Shown one piece after another: positions 30,334 through 32,000 of a DNA stretch of 32,000 bases; the first letter of the stretch is position 1; each line of letters begins with the position of its first letter. The DNA comes from Candidatus Saccharimonadota bacterium. Its GTDB lineage: Archaea > Micrarchaeota > Micrarchaeia > Micrarchaeales > Micrarchaeaceae. The stretch is from the NCBI GenBank assembly GCA_963705375.1, contig OY970071.1, positions 1,177,603 through 1,209,602 on the forward strand. The letters are read 5' to 3'. Below the pieces are notes generated by a model. That model was not told the origin of the DNA, did no database searches, and saw only the letters and a program-made list of their open reading frames with translations. Both the position numbers and the translations under genes were made by a program.

Positions 30334-31602
30334 ATGATTACGGTCGTTATCATGTCTACCAATCCTGACGAATCCAAAAACATGAAAATATTCTCTAACA
30401 AAAGCAAGCACGTCGAGAATCTGATATTGGAGCTCAATCCCCTCGCGGAAAAGTTGGCGCGGAGCGGCAAGCGGATAATACAACTGCATAGGGGAGACCC
30501 GCCGCACTATTTTCCAACTCCAAAATACATCATAGACGCATACATAGCCTCACTGAAGAGAGGCGAGACATACTATTCACGGGCACAGGGGTCGATGGAC
30601 CTCGTGAATGCGGTTGCGGCCAGATACAAAAAGTACAACATGCACCTCGGAGAGAAAGATATCATAGTGACTGCCGGTGTTACTGAGGCACTTTTGTTCG
30701 TGAACAATGCACTAATAGACAAGGGCAACAAAGCTGTGCTGCTTAGGCCGTACTACCCTCAGTATATGATGCGTCTGGGGACAGAGGAAGGTGTCCCTGT
30801 AATGGGCAGGATGTTGCTTGATAGCAATTGGGACATTGATCTTGACGGGCTTAGAAAGCTACTCAAGACCGAGCATGCCGCAGGCAAACGCCATCCAAAA
30901 TACCTGATGGTCACGAACCCTCACAACCCGACCGGTAAAGTGTTTGAAAGGAAGGCCTTGCAGGAGATTGTGGATGTTGCCAACGATAATGATCTGATCT
31001 TGGTGAGCGACGAAATCTATGACGAGCTTGTCTACAACGATCACAAGTTCGTCAGTATGGGGCAAGTTGCTGCAGGCGTGCCGCACATACTCTTGAACGG
31101 CAGCTCCAAGAACTTCGATTCCACCGGGTTCAGAATCGGGTTCATGATGGTGCCTGGCACTGACAAAGTGTCAGAGGCCCTGAAATCGAAGTTCTCTGAA
31201 TACGCACTTGCACACCTCTCTGTGAACACTCCTGCGGAGCACGCGGTCGCAGAGGCCATACACAACACAAAAGAGCACGAAATAGCGATAAAGGCCATGG
31301 TCGGCGCGATAGAAAAGAGAGTCAATCTTGTAATTGACAGGCTGGCAGAGAATCCCTACATAACAGTAACAAGACCTCGCGGTTCCTTCTACATCTTCCC
31401 AAAACTTGACTTCGATAGCCTCTCGTTCAAGGACTGCAAGGATTTCATAACTTCGCTATTGATCAGCGAAGGGATACAAGTGACTGGCGGCGCTCCGTTT
31501 GGAGAACCCTCCCATTTCAGGATTGTGGCTCTGCCTCCTGAGGAAACCCTGAATTACGCGATGGACAGGCTAAACGACTTCTGCATAAAGCATAAGAAAT
31601 AG
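30334..31602 (+). CDS. Class I/II pyridoxal-phosphate aminotransferase (aspartate/alanine aminotransferase-like)
   Basis: Motifs LMVTNPHNPTGKV, LILVSDEIYDELVY and SSKNFDSTGFRIGF (S.SK PLP-lysine motif, G.R.G). 422 aa. The start is uncertain among the ATGs at 30334, 30352 and 30382. Confidence 0.85.
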   Translation: MITVVIMSTNPDESKNMKIFSNKSKHVENLILELNPLAEKLARSGKRIIQLHRGDPPHYFPTPKYIIDAYIASLKRGETYYSRAQGSMDLVNAVAARYKKYNMHLGEKDIIVTAGVTEALLFVNNALIDKGNKAVLLRPYYPQYMMRLGTEEGVPVMGRMLLDSNWDIDLDGLRKLLKTEHAAGKRHPKYLMVTNPHNPTGKVFERKALQEIVDVANDNDLILVSDEIYDELVYNDHKFVSMGQVAAGVPHILLNGSSKNFDSTGFRIGFMMVPGTDKVSEALKSKFSEYALAHLSVNTPAEHAVAEAIHNTKEHEIAIKAMVGAIEKRVNLVIDRLAENPYITVTRPRGSFYIFPKLDFDSLSFKDCKDFITSLLISEGIQVTGGAPFGEPSHFRIVALPPEETLNYAMDRLNDFCIKHKK

Positions 31603-31622
31603 CTTTTAAGTAAAGTGTTTAC

Positions 31623-31955
31623 ATGCCCCCTACGACTTGGAAAGGAACGCAGACTTCCGGCAGGAACAAAGAACATGAGCTACTGGAAGCTAACGAAGAG
31701 CTTATGAAAGCGATAGACCTGGCAGACGTTGCAGGCGTTGCTGTGGCCCTTGAGGCTGCGGATGTGGCCGGCCCAAACAACTGCTATAAGCGGACGCCGC
31801 TGTCCCATGCATTGATTCGGCTAGAAGACGCTAAAGATGAGACTAGGCACGAACAACTCTCACAGATAGTTGGGCTCATCAAGAAAAAAGGCGGCCTTAC
31901 GAATGAGGAGCTGTCACAGCAGATTATTTTCCATCTGCGATCCGCAACAAAATAG
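31623..31955 (+). CDS. Hypothetical protein (110 aa), possibly with one ankyrin-like turn (KRTPLSHAL)
   Basis: The ORF starts 21 nt after the aminotransferase stop on the same strand. No strong motif. Confidence 0.35.
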   Translation: MPPTTWKGTQTSGRNKEHELLEANEELMKAIDLADVAGVAVALEAADVAGPNNCYKRTPLSHALIRLEDAKDETRHEQLSQIVGLIKKKGGLTNEELSQQIIFHLRSATK

Positions 31956-32000
31956 GTGCGAACCTGTACTTTCACGAATCCCTCTTACGGCCTTGCTAAT

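Overview
The window reads as archaeal chromosome. Evidence: an Hjc resolvase, a Hef-type helicase, an Sm protein, two intron-containing tRNAs, a ribosomal-stalk P1-like fold, and TATA-like boxes about 26-36 nt upstream of most start codons. Lineage cannot be fixed from the sequence. The S/T/N-rich, charge-poor surface proteins and the non-canonical tRNA intron would fit an acidophilic DPANN/Micrarchaeota-like or Thermoplasmata-like organism, but that is a guess.

Layout:
- 1-9713: one very large cell-surface protein gene, more than 3,230 codons in-window, with its N-terminus off the left edge. It contains a 594-bp tandem array (about 7.3 copies) and a 267-bp tandem array (6 copies). Two compensating frameshifts (+2 and +1) break it into three ORFs.
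- 9790-11934: a paralogous glycoprotein-like surface protein that shares the C-terminal module, TM anchor and basic tail.
- 11987-12484: an unusual protein made of tandem P1/aL12 stalk N-domain-like repeats with no acidic tail.
- 12570-16121: a compact [NiFe]-hydrogenase locus. It holds a MinD/Mrp-type ATPase, the large subunit, a HoxY-like small subunit with only 3 Cys, and divergently a hypC plus an N-terminally extended HypC-like gene.
- 16163-19726: housekeeping and accessory genes (dihydroorotase-like amidohydrolase, FdtA/WxcM-like cupin, a hypothetical protein, a TPR protein).
- 19817-21097: a membrane-anchored serpin, followed by a decayed SDR pseudogene at about 21300-21663.
- 21782-25450: GT2 glycosyltransferase, tRNA-Phe with an intron, Hef helicase plus Hjc, and a histidine phosphatase.
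- 25627-31955: small membrane and hypothetical proteins, tRNA-Ala with a T-loop intron, an Sm plus HD-domain pair, a membrane protein with a degenerate PLD-like domain, a COG1533-type radical SAM protein, a class I aminotransferase, and a small hypothetical.

No CRISPR array, transposase, integrase or recognisable defence system was seen. The most unusual items are the frameshifted repeat adhesin, the P1-like repeat protein, the minimal hydrogenase with an atypical small subunit and HypC fusion, and the T-loop-intron tRNA.
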